Source: a virus
Lineage: Duplodnaviria; Caudoviricetes
Direction: 5' to 3' (one strand)
IMG/VR virus record: IMGVR_UViG_3300045257_000102
Span: 1 to 61,029 of that record
DNA length: 61,029 nt
The notes beneath the pieces were generated by a model that did no database searches, was not told the origin of the DNA, and saw only the letters and a program-made list of their open reading frames with translations. Position numbers and translations under genes: made by a program. The stretch's first letter is position 1. Each line of letters starts with the position of its first letter. Of this stretch, positions 37,477-47,967 are shown in pieces.

Positions 37477-37823
37477 CGCCTCGCGAGTCGGAACTATTGA
37501 ACCGTCTGAAATCCAACCCGCAAGTGTTCGGCGGCTTGCCGATCCTCGTCGGACCGATGCGCCACGTGCTGTTGAACGGTACGCCGGAAGCTGGCCCGCA
37601 GCAGGACATTGCAGCCGTGTTCGGAATCTTGGGGCAGCTTTCGCTGGGCACGACGAACGTCGAGATCAAGTCCAACATCCCCTGGATAACAGACGACGAC
37701 ATCGAGGCGTGCAAGCTGTGGTGGCGGAAGATGGTCGCTGTCGCTGATACGGAGACGGTCAAGGCATATTGGGTTGACGGTGAGCGAATAGATCCCGGCG
37801 ACGTTCAGCAGATCATGGAGTGA
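37473..37823 (+). CDS. hypothetical protein with portal-like C-terminal segment
   Basis: ATGA coupling; ETVKAYWVDGERIDPGDV. Confidence 0.5.
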   Translation: MTPRESELLNRLKSNPQVFGGLPILVGPMRHVLLNGTPEAGPQQDIAAVFGILGQLSLGTTNVEIKSNIPWITDDDIEACKLWWRKMVAVADTETVKAYWVDGERIDPGDVQQIME

Positions 37824-37947
37824 GCGATGCGGTCAGTTCTCTTCGACAGCTTTTGGATTTGTGCGGCAATTCTCGCGGGAGCCGTCGTGTCGGCAATCAT
37901 TGTTTCTGTCCTAGCCGCGTTGGCGATCCGATGTTGGTTGTAAGCTG

Positions 37948-39213
37948 ATGCCCACCAAGCCCCACAAACTCGATCCAGTGAGCAACCGCCTTCGCGCTAA
38001 GCTGCACCAAAAGAGCATTGACGCGATTGACTACCAAGAGGCGGCGGCCGAAGCGTGCAAGCGTGTCGCGGCCCGATATGCCAAGCGGGTTATCAATGCC
38101 CTGCCGTTCGACGACATTGGCCATACGTTGACGCTGCACCGCATCAAAGCCATTGCCAAGGGATTCTGGCCGGAGGTGGCTCGGACGATCTACAACCGCT
38201 TGCTGGCCATGCACAAGTGGAGCGCGGCCGAGACGAAAGACATTCTGTTGGACGTAGTGCCGCCGCACTGGTGGCGTAAGGTCGTGCCGCAGTTGCCGCG
38301 GCTGAAAGAGGCCACGCCGGACGAGGAACCAGACAAGAAACCCGAGCCGGTCATCCCGGTTATGTCCGACGACGAATGGCAGGAGATTGCCAGCCAAGTG
38401 CTATTCCCGCCGCCAAGCGAACAGGCGTTGCGGGACATCATCTTCAGCCAAGGCGCTCGAGGCCAGCAGTCGGTTCCGTGGCCGGCCCGTCTCGAGCGCA
38501 TGTCGAAGCAGTTTGCCGACCCGGATCAAGTCGCCAACACGATTGCGACCGGACTATCACAAGGCCAAGACCTGAAGTCGCTGGCCAAGAATATCAAAGA
38601 CACCTATCAAGTCGCCAGCTCGAGCGCGGCCCGTGTCGCACGCACAGAGGCCCATCGCGTGAATCTCGCCACGCAAGACCGCAGCTTTATGTCGCTGGGG
38701 GAATTGCAGACAGGGCAAATGTATCAAGCCACTTTGGACATGAACGTCAGGCCTTGGCACGCGATTCACCACGGGCAGGTCTTTGCGGAAGGCGAACCGT
38801 TGCCGGATACCCTCGACGAATTTAACTGCCGTTGCCTAATGGTTCCTGTCCTCGGGTCGCCGGAAGAGATTGAAACCGACCCCGAACTAGCGGCCGACTT
38901 CGCCAACGCAGCCGACGAAGAGATACCCGATCCCTCTGTGTACTCCGACTGGTTCTCACAAGCCAGCGAGCAAGAGCGACGCCTAGCCGTTGGCGGCAAC
39001 CGCTATCGAGCCGTATCGAACATGCTGGACCGCGAACCGCAATGGACGGACTTTCTTAGCGGTGACAGCGGGAACCTTGCGAGCGTGGCACAGTTGCAAG
39101 CCGAGACAGCCGCTCAGCGTGAGGCCCGCAAGGCGAGCGTCGATGCGCTGATTCAGACGCGGGCGAAGGCATATCGGCAGGTTCGCAACGTAGGATTTCA
39201 ACTAGGCGTCTAA
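37948..39213 (+). CDS. minor head protein (SPP1 gp7 / MuF family)
   Basis: RVARTE, ATLD..VRPWH...HG, FNCRC. Confidence 0.9.
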   Translation: MPTKPHKLDPVSNRLRAKLHQKSIDAIDYQEAAAEACKRVAARYAKRVINALPFDDIGHTLTLHRIKAIAKGFWPEVARTIYNRLLAMHKWSAAETKDILLDVVPPHWWRKVVPQLPRLKEATPDEEPDKKPEPVIPVMSDDEWQEIASQVLFPPPSEQALRDIIFSQGARGQQSVPWPARLERMSKQFADPDQVANTIATGLSQGQDLKSLAKNIKDTYQVASSSAARVARTEAHRVNLATQDRSFMSLGELQTGQMYQATLDMNVRPWHAIHHGQVFAEGEPLPDTLDEFNCRCLMVPVLGSPEEIETDPELAADFANAADEEIPDPSVYSDWFSQASEQERRLAVGGNRYRAVSNMLDREPQWTDFLSGDSGNLASVAQLQAETAAQREARKASVDALIQTRAKAYRQVRNVGFQLGV

Positions 39214-39796
39214 CTCTTCACGGATGGGATTCAATGATCCGCATGGCCGACAAGCATCACCCGCTCCGCAAGTTCCACAAGCAGCAGACGAAGCCGCGGC
39301 GGACGGCATTTAATCTGATTCGTTACTTCTGCATCAAGTGCGGAGAAAGAATGGTTGCGCAGAATAGCGCCCAGTCTCTTACCTCTTTCAAATGCTCGAA
39401 TCCGTTATGCGGGCGGACTAAGAAGTTGAGCCGCGGGGATAATCCAGAAGTCCTGATTTGATCGGCTTGCTCTCTACCCAAACGCGGATCGTCTCGGCGA
39501 ACCAGTTGGTGTTCATGCAACATAGGACTATCCACGAACGAGAGTCCGGCATTGAATGAGCTTCAATGCCCCAGTATTCACCTATCGCCGATCCGGGATG
39601 TACTGGAATTGCCTGCATGGCCTCATGAATAGCCAATGCTGAATCGCACTCGACAATAAACCGCCGAACGTCCGGCTCTGTGTAGTCGCTGCGATCAATT
39701 TCGTAGCATCGAATCATGGGCTCTATTCTAACCGCTCTTTCCAACGGTTGGAACTCTGTTATTCGCTAATTGCTTGCCGTGCCTTCTTTTAGAGGC

Positions 39797-41059
39797 ATGG
39801 GAACGGCTCTCCAGCGACAGAAGCGCAAACGCAACCGACTCCAAGAGCAACGCAAGCCAGCAACTCCAGCCGGGCCAAAGCTCGTCACGATCGTTGAGTC
39901 CGTTGACAATCGCGGCAAGAAACTAATCGTTGATCGCGAGAAAGGAATAATTCCTGACGTCCGAGTTCTCGGACTTCATTCGGTTAACGGCCGCGAATAC
40001 TTGCCCGAGGCCGTCCGAAAGGCCGCGCCGCTCTATGAAGGCGCGAAGGTCAATAAGAACCATCCGAAAGGGCAGGCGACGCAACCACGTGACTATGACG
40101 ATCGCATGGGCAAAATCGTCAATGTCCGTGTGGATTCCGACGGCGGACTGTCCGGAGACCTCCACTTCAATCCGAAGCACGCATTAGCCGAACAGCTCTG
40201 CTGGGATGCCGAGCACGCGCCCGAAAATGTTGGGCTTTCTCATAACGTCTCGGCCAAAACGAGGATGGACGGCGATCTACTCGTCGTCGAGGAAATCACA
40301 GCCGTTACCAGCGTTGACATCGTGGCAGATTCCGGCACTACGAAGTCACTTTTCGAGTACGACTCCGGCCAAGGGAGCGCAGCACGTATGCCCGATTCCA
40401 ACTTTCCACCGCAACATCCGGCCACGCCGATGGACGCTCCTGCCCCCGCCAAGCCGCTCAAGGAAGACGATCCGCTTGACGCTGGCGATGGCGGCGATCC
40501 GCACTCCGCGATTTGCAAAGCCTACAACGACAAAATCAACGCCCTCGTGAGCGACGAGACAGCCGATCCGATGGAAACTTCGGCGCAAGTCAAGCAACTG
40601 CTTGCGGCCCGTGCGAAGTCGCTCAAGCAACTCGACGACGCTCTGGGCGGCGATGACAGCGACGAAGCGGACGACGGCGAAGACGCGGCGGAGCATTTGC
40701 GCCGCCGACAAGCACAAGGAACCCGAACCGTGACTGAACAAGCCGAATTCACCAAGGTCAAAGCCGAACTCGACGCGCTCAAGCGGAAGGACTCGGCCCG
40801 CAAGCTCTTGGAGGCCGCAAATCTGCCACCGCTGTTGTGCGATGACCTTTTGATTGAGGAACTCGCCAACGCCGATACGGCGAAGCAGAAGAAGCTCATC
40901 GACCGGCAATTGCTCTTGGCCGAACAGCTTCGGATTCAGCGGCCGAAGTCACGTGACGACTCGATGCAAGAGGGCTTCGACATCAATGCGGCCAATCGCA
41001 AGGGTCCGGCGAAGAACGTCAAAGAACTGGTCGAGTCAATCAGCCTCGCCAAGCGCTAA
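39797..41059 (+). CDS. prohead protease / scaffold fusion
   Basis: S.NGREY, NHP, GLSH, SVDIVAD protease motifs followed by an acidic helical scaffold. Confidence 0.82.
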   Translation: MGTALQRQKRKRNRLQEQRKPATPAGPKLVTIVESVDNRGKKLIVDREKGIIPDVRVLGLHSVNGREYLPEAVRKAAPLYEGAKVNKNHPKGQATQPRDYDDRMGKIVNVRVDSDGGLSGDLHFNPKHALAEQLCWDAEHAPENVGLSHNVSAKTRMDGDLLVVEEITAVTSVDIVADSGTTKSLFEYDSGQGSAARMPDSNFPPQHPATPMDAPAPAKPLKEDDPLDAGDGGDPHSAICKAYNDKINALVSDETADPMETSAQVKQLLAARAKSLKQLDDALGGDDSDEADDGEDAAEHLRRRQAQGTRTVTEQAEFTKVKAELDALKRKDSARKLLEAANLPPLLCDDLLIEELANADTAKQKKLIDRQLLLAEQLRIQRPKSRDDSMQEGFDINAANRKGPAKNVKELVESISLAKR

Positions 41060-41088
41060 ACACCATTCTCTAACGCAAAGAGTTTGCT

Positions 41089-41877
41089 ATGTCCTCGAAA
41101 CTGATTGACTCCGGCCTCATCATGCGAGAGCGGTTGGCCTCGCGTAATCGCGGCTTCCACGAGCGGTTCTCGTCAGCCTATACGCTCGGTGCAACGACCA
41201 CGTTGAACTCGACGCTCACTGGCTCCACGCCAACGGCTACGATTGCGGCGAATGCGACTGGCGGAGGCAAGCTGACGCTGTTTACCGATACGACCGTGAA
41301 CAACGAAGCCTATGCCTTCTCGGCGTTGAAGCTGTTCATCATGGCGGCTAATCAGCCGGTCGTCGTCGAAGGACAAATGTCGTGGACTGAGGCTAATACA
41401 AACAAGGCTGGCGTTGTATTCGGGCTGGCGTCCGCTTCTCCTGCCGGGCTACTCGTTGACACGACCGGCGCCCCGATCGCGACAACCAACAGCGCCGCGT
41501 ACTTCTATAAGAAGCAAGGCACGCTGAACTGGCATACCGTCGTCCAGGTCGGAACAACGCAAGTCGATACGGACCTGACGACACTCAACAACTTCCCCGG
41601 CGTTGCGGCGACCGGCGTTGTCCCGCAAGCGACGAGCGATGCGAACCAGCACATCTACACGGTCTCGCTGGTGCCGCAGAACTCGACGCAGATGGAGGCG
41701 ACGTTCCAAATCGACGGCGCCTTTATGAATCGGGTGCTATTCACCTACACCGGCGCGGTCGCGATGGCTGCGGTCGCGGGGATCAAGAATCTCAACGGCA
41801 CCAATGCGGAAACGCTGGTCGTATCCGATCTCTTCGCCCTTCAGCAGTGCTTGCCGCCGGCGGCGCTTCAGGTCTAA
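41089..41877 (+). CDS. putative capsid decoration protein
   Basis: Thr/Ala beta-rich; lies between scaffold and major capsid protein. Confidence 0.55.
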   Translation: MSSKLIDSGLIMRERLASRNRGFHERFSSAYTLGATTTLNSTLTGSTPTATIAANATGGGKLTLFTDTTVNNEAYAFSALKLFIMAANQPVVVEGQMSWTEANTNKAGVVFGLASASPAGLLVDTTGAPIATTNSAAYFYKKQGTLNWHTVVQVGTTQVDTDLTTLNNFPGVAATGVVPQATSDANQHIYTVSLVPQNSTQMEATFQIDGAFMNRVLFTYTGAVAMAAVAGIKNLNGTNAETLVVSDLFALQQCLPPAALQV

Positions 41878-41895
41878 CTCAAAAGGACGCTTTCA

Positions 41896-43113
41896 ATGTA
41901 TCGCCCAAGTTTTTACCGCGACCTGCGCCGGCAATACCAGTCTTGCGGACGCGATTACGACAAGATCGAGGAATTGAATTCAATCCTCGTAGAAGCGTTC
42001 CGCACGAAGCAAATCGACCCGCGGGAAGTGTCGATCCAAAAGGCGTTCGTCAACTTGATCGAAGGCGGCCAAGAATTGCTCGAACTGTGCGACCCGCGCA
42101 ATCAGTCACGGCTGTTGACCGAGGCGATGGACACGGTCGATACAACTCAGTTCTCAAACATCATCGGCCAGCTCGTCATCAACAAGGTCTTGGAAGGCTA
42201 CCAGGCCGACGAATTCACGCTGAGCAACGAAGTCGAGACGATCGACACGAAGTTCAGCGGCGAGCGTATCCCCGGCATCGGCGGCATCGGCGACAACGCC
42301 GAAGAGGTCGCGGAAGGACATCCGTATCCGACCGTCGGGCTGAACGAGGATTACATCGACACGCCGGCTACCACGAAGGAAGGCTTGATCGTGCCGGTCA
42401 CGAAGGAAGCCATTTTCTTCGACCGGACGCAGCTCGTCTTGCAACGGGCCGGCGAGGTCGGTCACTTCCTCGGGCTGCGAAAAGAGAAGCGGCTCTGGGA
42501 CTGCTTCCTCGACGCGAACGAAACGAAATTCCGCTACAAGTGGAAGGGCACGGTCTACGGCACGTACCAAGCGACATCGCCGTGGGTCAACGTCAAGACG
42601 GCGAACGGTCTGTCTGATTGGACGAGCATCCAAGCAGCCGAATTGCTCCTCGCTCAAATGCTTGATCCGAACACCGGCGAGGTCATCACGATCCTACCGG
42701 ATACGATCGTCGTGCCACCGGCACTCTGGCATACGGCCTTGCAGAACACGCGGGCAACCGAAGTCCGCCGCGTCAATATCAGTGCCGCCGGTACTTCCCA
42801 GACCTGGACCGACGGTCCGAGTCCGTTGGAAGCGAACCCGCTGGCGATGGCCGGCCAGTACAAGGTCATCTCGTCGCGGATCATGCGGCAGCAGGCTTTC
42901 AAGGCCAACACCGGCACGGCTGATACGAATTGGTACGTGACCAATCTCAAGAAGCATATCGCGTACTTCCAGAACTGGCCGATCACGGTCGTCCAGGCTC
43001 CGCAGAACAGCGAAGCGGAATTCACGCAGGACATCGTGGTGCGGTTCAAGGCTTCCGAGCGCGGTTCGCCGGCCACGCTTGATCCGCGTTACACGGTGCA
43101 GAGTCAGGCGTAA
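41896..43113 (+). CDS. major capsid protein (HK97 fold, Mu gpT-like)
   Basis: 405 aa; EVAEG..Y, G..V.VTKEAI..D, D..G..I.I.PD.IVVPPAL. Confidence 0.88.
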   Translation: MYRPSFYRDLRRQYQSCGRDYDKIEELNSILVEAFRTKQIDPREVSIQKAFVNLIEGGQELLELCDPRNQSRLLTEAMDTVDTTQFSNIIGQLVINKVLEGYQADEFTLSNEVETIDTKFSGERIPGIGGIGDNAEEVAEGHPYPTVGLNEDYIDTPATTKEGLIVPVTKEAIFFDRTQLVLQRAGEVGHFLGLRKEKRLWDCFLDANETKFRYKWKGTVYGTYQATSPWVNVKTANGLSDWTSIQAAELLLAQMLDPNTGEVITILPDTIVVPPALWHTALQNTRATEVRRVNISAAGTSQTWTDGPSPLEANPLAMAGQYKVISSRIMRQQAFKANTGTADTNWYVTNLKKHIAYFQNWPITVVQAPQNSEAEFTQDIVVRFKASERGSPATLDPRYTVQSQA

Positions 43114-43403
43114 TGGGCAACCCAGCTAACAAACAGAAAACGGCGCAGTCCGGAACAGCGGTCGCTCCGGCGACAGCCACGCTGGAGCGACCGGCGCCGC
43201 TTAGCAACGTACTGCCGAATCCGCCGGCCCCCGGCGCTAAGACTCCGTGGGGCTATCGGGTAACGCTGCAATGCCCTACGCCGATCGCCAATAACGGAAT
43301 CGAGATTACGGCCAAGTCCGAGACCGAGGCTTGGGCGAAGTTCTGCGACCGCAACGGGATCACTGGCAGCGAACATCCAAAGCAAATCGAGCCGCTCTAC
43401 TAA
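43113..43403 (+). CDS. hypothetical head-region protein
   Basis: TAATG coupling to the capsid gene. Confidence 0.6.
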   Translation: MGNPANKQKTAQSGTAVAPATATLERPAPLSNVLPNPPAPGAKTPWGYRVTLQCPTPIANNGIEITAKSETEAWAKFCDRNGITGSEHPKQIEPLY

Positions 43404-43423
43404 AGGGCGGGAATGGCCGCCCT

Positions 43424-43801
43424 ATGTTTCAGCGAATTCGCCGCTGGTCCGAATCAATCGGGTCGTTCGCTCTAACGACCTCGCTCGCTACGACGGCTGA
43501 GATTCCGTATGCGAATGCCGCGAGCGGGACGATCTTTCTGCCCTCTGGCTTGACGATGGCCTCGATGACGTTCTACGGCGCTCCGTGGAATGGCGTTGAT
43601 GAGCCCGGCCGCTTGGGCAACCCGCCGCTGGCCGCGAATCAATACACCTATCTTGCGCTCCAGGATAACACTGGGGCGGCCGTGGTTCTGACTGTTGCCG
43701 TCAGCAAGTGTTATCCGTTCCCCGATGCCTGTTTCGGCTGCCGCGGTATCAAAATCGTCGTGGACGTGGCTGGCAGCGTTGACATCTCACTCAAGGGATA
43801 A
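43424..43801 (+). CDS. putative virion protein
   Basis: beta-rich ORF in the head operon. Confidence 0.55.
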   Translation: MFQRIRRWSESIGSFALTTSLATTAEIPYANAASGTIFLPSGLTMASMTFYGAPWNGVDEPGRLGNPPLAANQYTYLALQDNTGAAVVLTVAVSKCYPFPDACFGCRGIKIVVDVAGSVDISLKG

Positions 43802-43806
43802 GTTCT

Positions 43807-44724
43807 ATGGCTTCTACAAGATTGCAAAACGCCCTCAACATTCTGCTCGGCGATAACGTACTCGGTGCGGAATTGGCTGGGTTCGGATCAAGCTCCAACG
43901 TGCAGCTTTTCAGCGCCAATGGAAATTACACCGTACCGGCTAACGCCAAGAGCTTTGACGTGCTCGTAGTAGCCGGCGGCGGCGGTGGTGGGGCCGGAAT
44001 GTGCAATGTCTCCGGTCAAGCCTCGTCAGGCGGATGCGGCGGTGGCGGCGGCGGAGTTAGCACAGCTAAATTCTTCGGTAGCGATTTGTCCGGAAACGTC
44101 ACGGTAGTAGTCGGCGCTGGCGGGGCTGGTGGTGTTGCGGCAAATACAACCGGGAACGGGAATGCCGGAGCCAATGGGGCTAACAGCAGCTTCGGTTCTC
44201 TCATAGCGATCGGTGGCAAGCTCGGTCCAGGTGGTGCCACGGCTGGCGCAACTGGCGGCGTGGGTGGCAACGGAAGCAATTCGACTGGCGGAAATGGCGG
44301 CAACGCGACCGCCGCAGGGGCGGCAGGAAACGCCGGCATTGCTGCGACCACGACATTGACAACGACCGGCGGCGGCGCTGGCGGCGGCGTCACAACTGGC
44401 CCGGCGTTTACTGCGGGCGGGGCCGGCGGCAATCAATCGCTCGGTGCCAATGGCGGCGTGGGCGGTGCGGCGGCTGTCAGCGGCACGGTCGCGGCCTCGC
44501 CTGGCATCATCGGCAACACGCTCTCGGCCAATACGCAGGGCTGTGGCGGCGGCGGCGGCGGTTCGTCGAACAACGGGGCCAGCAACAACCTCGGCGGAGG
44601 CATCGGCGGGGCCGGAATCAACGGCGGCGGCGGTGGTGGTGGTGGTGCTTGTATCACCGGATCGAACTCGGGAGCAGGCGGGGCCGGCGGCAATGGCTTG
44701 GTGGTGGTGACGGCGTATTTCTAA
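43807..44724 (+). CDS. glycine-rich virion fibre protein
   Basis: F...G.YTVP...V.VVAGGGGGG...GG.G.VVVTAYF. Confidence 0.75.
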   Translation: MASTRLQNALNILLGDNVLGAELAGFGSSSNVQLFSANGNYTVPANAKSFDVLVVAGGGGGGAGMCNVSGQASSGGCGGGGGGVSTAKFFGSDLSGNVTVVVGAGGAGGVAANTTGNGNAGANGANSSFGSLIAIGGKLGPGGATAGATGGVGGNGSNSTGGNGGNATAAGAAGNAGIAATTTLTTTGGGAGGGVTTGPAFTAGGAGGNQSLGANGGVGGAAAVSGTVAASPGIIGNTLSANTQGCGGGGGGSSNNGASNNLGGGIGGAGINGGGGGGGGACITGSNSGAGGAGGNGLVVVTAYF

Positions 44725-45569
44725 TGGGCGCGAAAACAATCTACACCCTGAACATCGGCAACTTTGCCCCAACGGTTACGGAGATTACGTATCCACTGAT
44801 GCGTCACTACGCGCGCAAGATCGGGGCCGCCTTTCACATCATCACCGAAAGAAAGTTTCCGGGCTTTCCAATCCCCTACGAGAAGATCCAGATTCACGAC
44901 CTCGCTCGCGAGCATGGCGACTCCTGGGCAATGTTCCTAGACGCTGATGCGATGGTTCACCCGGAGTGCATCGACTTCACAAACTATCTGCCCAAGGACA
45001 CGGTTGCCCACAACGGTCGCGACTTCGCCGCAGTTCGCTGGAAGTACGATAAGTATTTTCTCCGTGACGGCCGCAATATCGGCTCATGCAACTGGCTGGC
45101 TATCGCCTCCGATTGGTGTCTCGACCTCTGGAAGCCGCTGGATGACCTCACGTTAGAAGAGGCTGTCGAGAATATCACAATCACCGTGAGCGAAAGCCGC
45201 AGCGGCGTTATCGATCGCGAGCATCTTCTTGACGATTACACGCTCTCGCGGAACATCGCCCGCTACGGGTTAAAGCATACGACCGTCATGGACCTGACGG
45301 CCAAGATGTTCAATCGCGAGATAGCTTGCTTCTGGCACGCCTATACGCTGCCGATCGCGGACAAGACGGCGCAAATGCGGCGGGTCGTCAAGCGAATCGT
45401 GGACGCAGACGGCAAGCCGAACGGCTGGGGTATCCGCGATATTCTCCGTGACTTGAGCCACGACGAATTGCCGTGGCTGGATGAACCGGATGACATGGGG
45501 CCGATCGACGGGACAACGCGAGAGTGCCAGTGGAAGCCGAGCGAGCCGGAACTCGCGGAGGTGGCCTAA
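44724..45569 (+). CDS. GT-A fold glycosyltransferase-like protein
   Basis: YARKIGA.F, YEK, MFLDAD (DxD). Confidence 0.65.
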   Translation: MGAKTIYTLNIGNFAPTVTEITYPLMRHYARKIGAAFHIITERKFPGFPIPYEKIQIHDLAREHGDSWAMFLDADAMVHPECIDFTNYLPKDTVAHNGRDFAAVRWKYDKYFLRDGRNIGSCNWLAIASDWCLDLWKPLDDLTLEEAVENITITVSESRSGVIDREHLLDDYTLSRNIARYGLKHTTVMDLTAKMFNREIACFWHAYTLPIADKTAQMRRVVKRIVDADGKPNGWGIRDILRDLSHDELPWLDEPDDMGPIDGTTRECQWKPSEPELAEVA

Positions 45570-45785
45570 ATGGCCCTCAACGAAACCAGCCTCGTGACGC
45601 AACGCGATGCGCTCGTGACGCTCATTGGGAACGTCCTAGCGAATCCCAAACCAACGTACACAATCGAAGGCCGCACGGTGCAATGGACGCAATACCTAGC
45701 AGAGTTGCGGAACCAATTCAACTGGTTGAATGAAGCGATTGACCTGGCCGGGGGTCCGCTCGAAATCCATTCTGAGGCGTTTTGA
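45570..45785 (+). CDS. head completion protein (lambda gpW-like)
   Basis: 71 aa; YTIEGRTV....LAELR. Confidence 0.7.
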   Translation: MALNETSLVTQRDALVTLIGNVLANPKPTYTIEGRTVQWTQYLAELRNQFNWLNEAIDLAGGPLEIHSEAF

Positions 45786-45786
45786 T

Positions 45787-46089
45787 ATGAGCCGATACGA
45801 CCGAATCTTGGAAGCGTGGCCGCATAAGGGCACGACACCCGCTTATGCCGCGACGCCCGACGAAGCGAGCAAGACCGCTGCGGCCGTGAGTCATTCCCAA
45901 GGACCGCAGAGCGAAGGCATGGCCAGCGCCGTCAAGGCGATGGCGGCCAGTGATGCCGGAAACCATGTAGCGGCAGCCGCTCACCACGTCAATGCGGCGA
46001 TGGCCCACAACGACGCCGGCCACGATAAAGCCACTACGGCTCATCTCAACGCTGCGAAGTCTCACCTTGCCGAGTGCATGGGGCAATAA
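45787..46089 (+). CDS. Ala/His-rich small protein
   Basis: AAAHH.NAA.AH...AH.NAA repeats. Confidence 0.55.
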   Translation: MSRYDRILEAWPHKGTTPAYAATPDEASKTAAAVSHSQGPQSEGMASAVKAMAASDAGNHVAAAAHHVNAAMAHNDAGHDKATTAHLNAAKSHLAECMGQ

Positions 46090-47210
46090 TGCCGGCTGAT
46101 GTAACCGTAGACGCGATGACGCCCTTGACTCACGCAACAATCGTTGCGGGTGACAAGTTCTACGTCTCGCAATCTGCCGGGCCGCATGATCGAAGTATTA
46201 CGTTCGCCGAGCTTCAAGCCACATTTGGTGTTGTTACGTCCGTTGCCGACGTAGCCCATACCTTGTCGGCCTCTGATGATATTGTCACATATACGTCGCT
46301 GTCGTCAGAACGCACTGTCACGGTCAATCCGGCGATTCTGACACTCAATAAAATTTACACGGTTAGGGATGGGTCTGGAAATATCGCTGATCCCGTAACA
46401 GGCTCGGCGACTGGTTTTCTTATCCGCGTTACTAAAGACGGCATGACGCTCGTCTTCAATAAGATTTCCGACACGATTCTGCTGAACAACAACTATGCCT
46501 CGACGAGCTTCTATACACCCGATGGCGTGAATCTCGTTTGCGTTGACCTCTATCCCAATTTCTCATTCTCGAACATCGGCGGCCAGTCATATACGGGCGG
46601 CATCTTGAACATTGGCGCCCTAGCAGGGACTCTTAAAGGGATCACACAATTTATTCCCGGCGGTATCCCTAGCTTCAGTGACATCAACCAAGCATTGTTC
46701 TTTTCCGTAATAGACGGTGCTGCGTTTGGATTCTACGTTTGCAATAGCGGTATCTTTACAGGAGCGCCGGCGGGCGGGAATTTCCCGGTTCTTGACATCA
46801 ATGCTGCATCGCTTGTCAATTGCACGTCGATTGTAAACGCCAGTCAGAAGGAAGTCATCGCGCTTGCCGCAGGCGTAGCGGTCAACGGACAGTTGAGTCT
46901 CGCGGGCCAGCCCACAGACACATTCTCGGGCACAATGACGATTGACGTAACGAAAAGTTCGCACGTCATTGCCGCTAATCACAGCACGTCTGCGACGGTG
47001 ACGTTCACGCCATCGGCTGCTGGCACCAAGGGCGATTTTCTCGAAATCATCACGGAAGCTAGCAATGGGACTGTGACGGCCACGTTCGCAAGCACGTTTC
47101 ATCCGGTGACGGCCACTCAAGCTACCACGACAGGAGCATTTAGCACAATCGCCTTTCGTAGTGATGGTGTTAGATGGATAGAACTTCGGCGGACAACATC
47201 GGTCGCATGA
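46089..47210 (+). CDS. putative fibre/collar protein
   Basis: Thr/Ser-rich; ends FRSDG..WIE..R. Confidence 0.6.
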   Translation: MPADVTVDAMTPLTHATIVAGDKFYVSQSAGPHDRSITFAELQATFGVVTSVADVAHTLSASDDIVTYTSLSSERTVTVNPAILTLNKIYTVRDGSGNIADPVTGSATGFLIRVTKDGMTLVFNKISDTILLNNNYASTSFYTPDGVNLVCVDLYPNFSFSNIGGQSYTGGILNIGALAGTLKGITQFIPGGIPSFSDINQALFFSVIDGAAFGFYVCNSGIFTGAPAGGNFPVLDINAASLVNCTSIVNASQKEVIALAAGVAVNGQLSLAGQPTDTFSGTMTIDVTKSSHVIAANHSTSATVTFTPSAAGTKGDFLEIITEASNGTVTATFASTFHPVTATQATTTGAFSTIAFRSDGVRWIELRRTTSVA

Positions 47211-47211
47211 T

Positions 47212-47967
47212 ATGACATTCGTTTTTGATCCATCAACGGATTTCGTCGCAGTCGTCGATGATTTCGTATCGCTGCGGCTCGTACCGCCGCCGGATTTGGT
47301 GGGCTTTGCGATTGCGGATACGAGCGGCGGCGAAGTGTTGGCGGCGGATTCTTCCGGTGGCCTGCCGTTGGCCGATATTGTTGGCGACTACTACGAATAC
47401 GGGAATGCCCCGTCGCTCGGCACAACGATCACACACGCCGTCCGGCAATCGGTAAGCACCAAGGAAGCCGCGGAATCGTTCGGACGCTATCAGTTGGGTG
47501 ACGTGCATTTTAGCTGGCCAATCAGCGAAGGTACGCCACAGCTCGGCGGGGTACTCGTCGATTCTGCTAATGCCGAATGGACGATTCTGGACGTGAACTA
47601 CGAAAGCTTGATGGCGTTGTATCGCGTCACGGCTCGCGACCTGGCAATCACTGGCGGCTTGAATGAACTGGTCACGATCAATCGGCTCGCGACATCCAAG
47701 GACAGCGAAGGGGCAGTCGTCAAGACGCCGATTCTCTACCAGGCCGATGTCAAGGCCAGACTCCAAGAGGAATCGAGCGAACGTGGTCCGCAGTTCGGCC
47801 GGCAATCGGGAACCGTCAACGCCAAATGCTATTTGGCTCAGCAGCTTCTCTTGGACAACAGTTTTCAGATCGTTCGGGCGGACGGCAAGGTTTACGAAGT
47901 CGTGGGCTACGAGTCGCCGGACTCCATTGGCTCGCTTACGGTCATCAACTGCATGAGGCGTCAATAA
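47212..47967 (+). CDS. head-tail adaptor/closure protein, probably two tandem domains
   Basis: gpFII-like first half and SPP1 gp16-like second half (VTINR...D..G...YEV). Confidence 0.65.
   Translation: MTFVFDPSTDFVAVVDDFVSLRLVPPPDLVGFAIADTSGGEVLAADSSGGLPLADIVGDYYEYGNAPSLGTTITHAVRQSVSTKEAAESFGRYQLGDVHFSWPISEGTPQLGGVLVDSANAEWTILDVNYESLMALYRVTARDLAITGGLNELVTINRLATSKDSEGAVVKTPILYQADVKARLQEESSERGPQFGRQSGTVNAKCYLAQQLLLDNSFQIVRADGKVYEVVGYESPDSIGSLTVINCMRRQ

Noticed and set aside
39234-39744. Two small convergent ORFs between the MuF and protease genes
   Set aside because: Possibly real (one is a Zn-ribbon) but overlapping and without enough evidence for a functional call
41847-42617. Long same-strand alternative-frame ORF in the capsid gene
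   Set aside because: Arg-rich composition typical of GC3-biased off-frames, with no motif, unlike the nested MTase ORF
43807-44724. Collagen-like repeat or microsatellite
   Set aside because: No Gly-X-Y periodicity; GGC runs simply encode the glycine-rich domain
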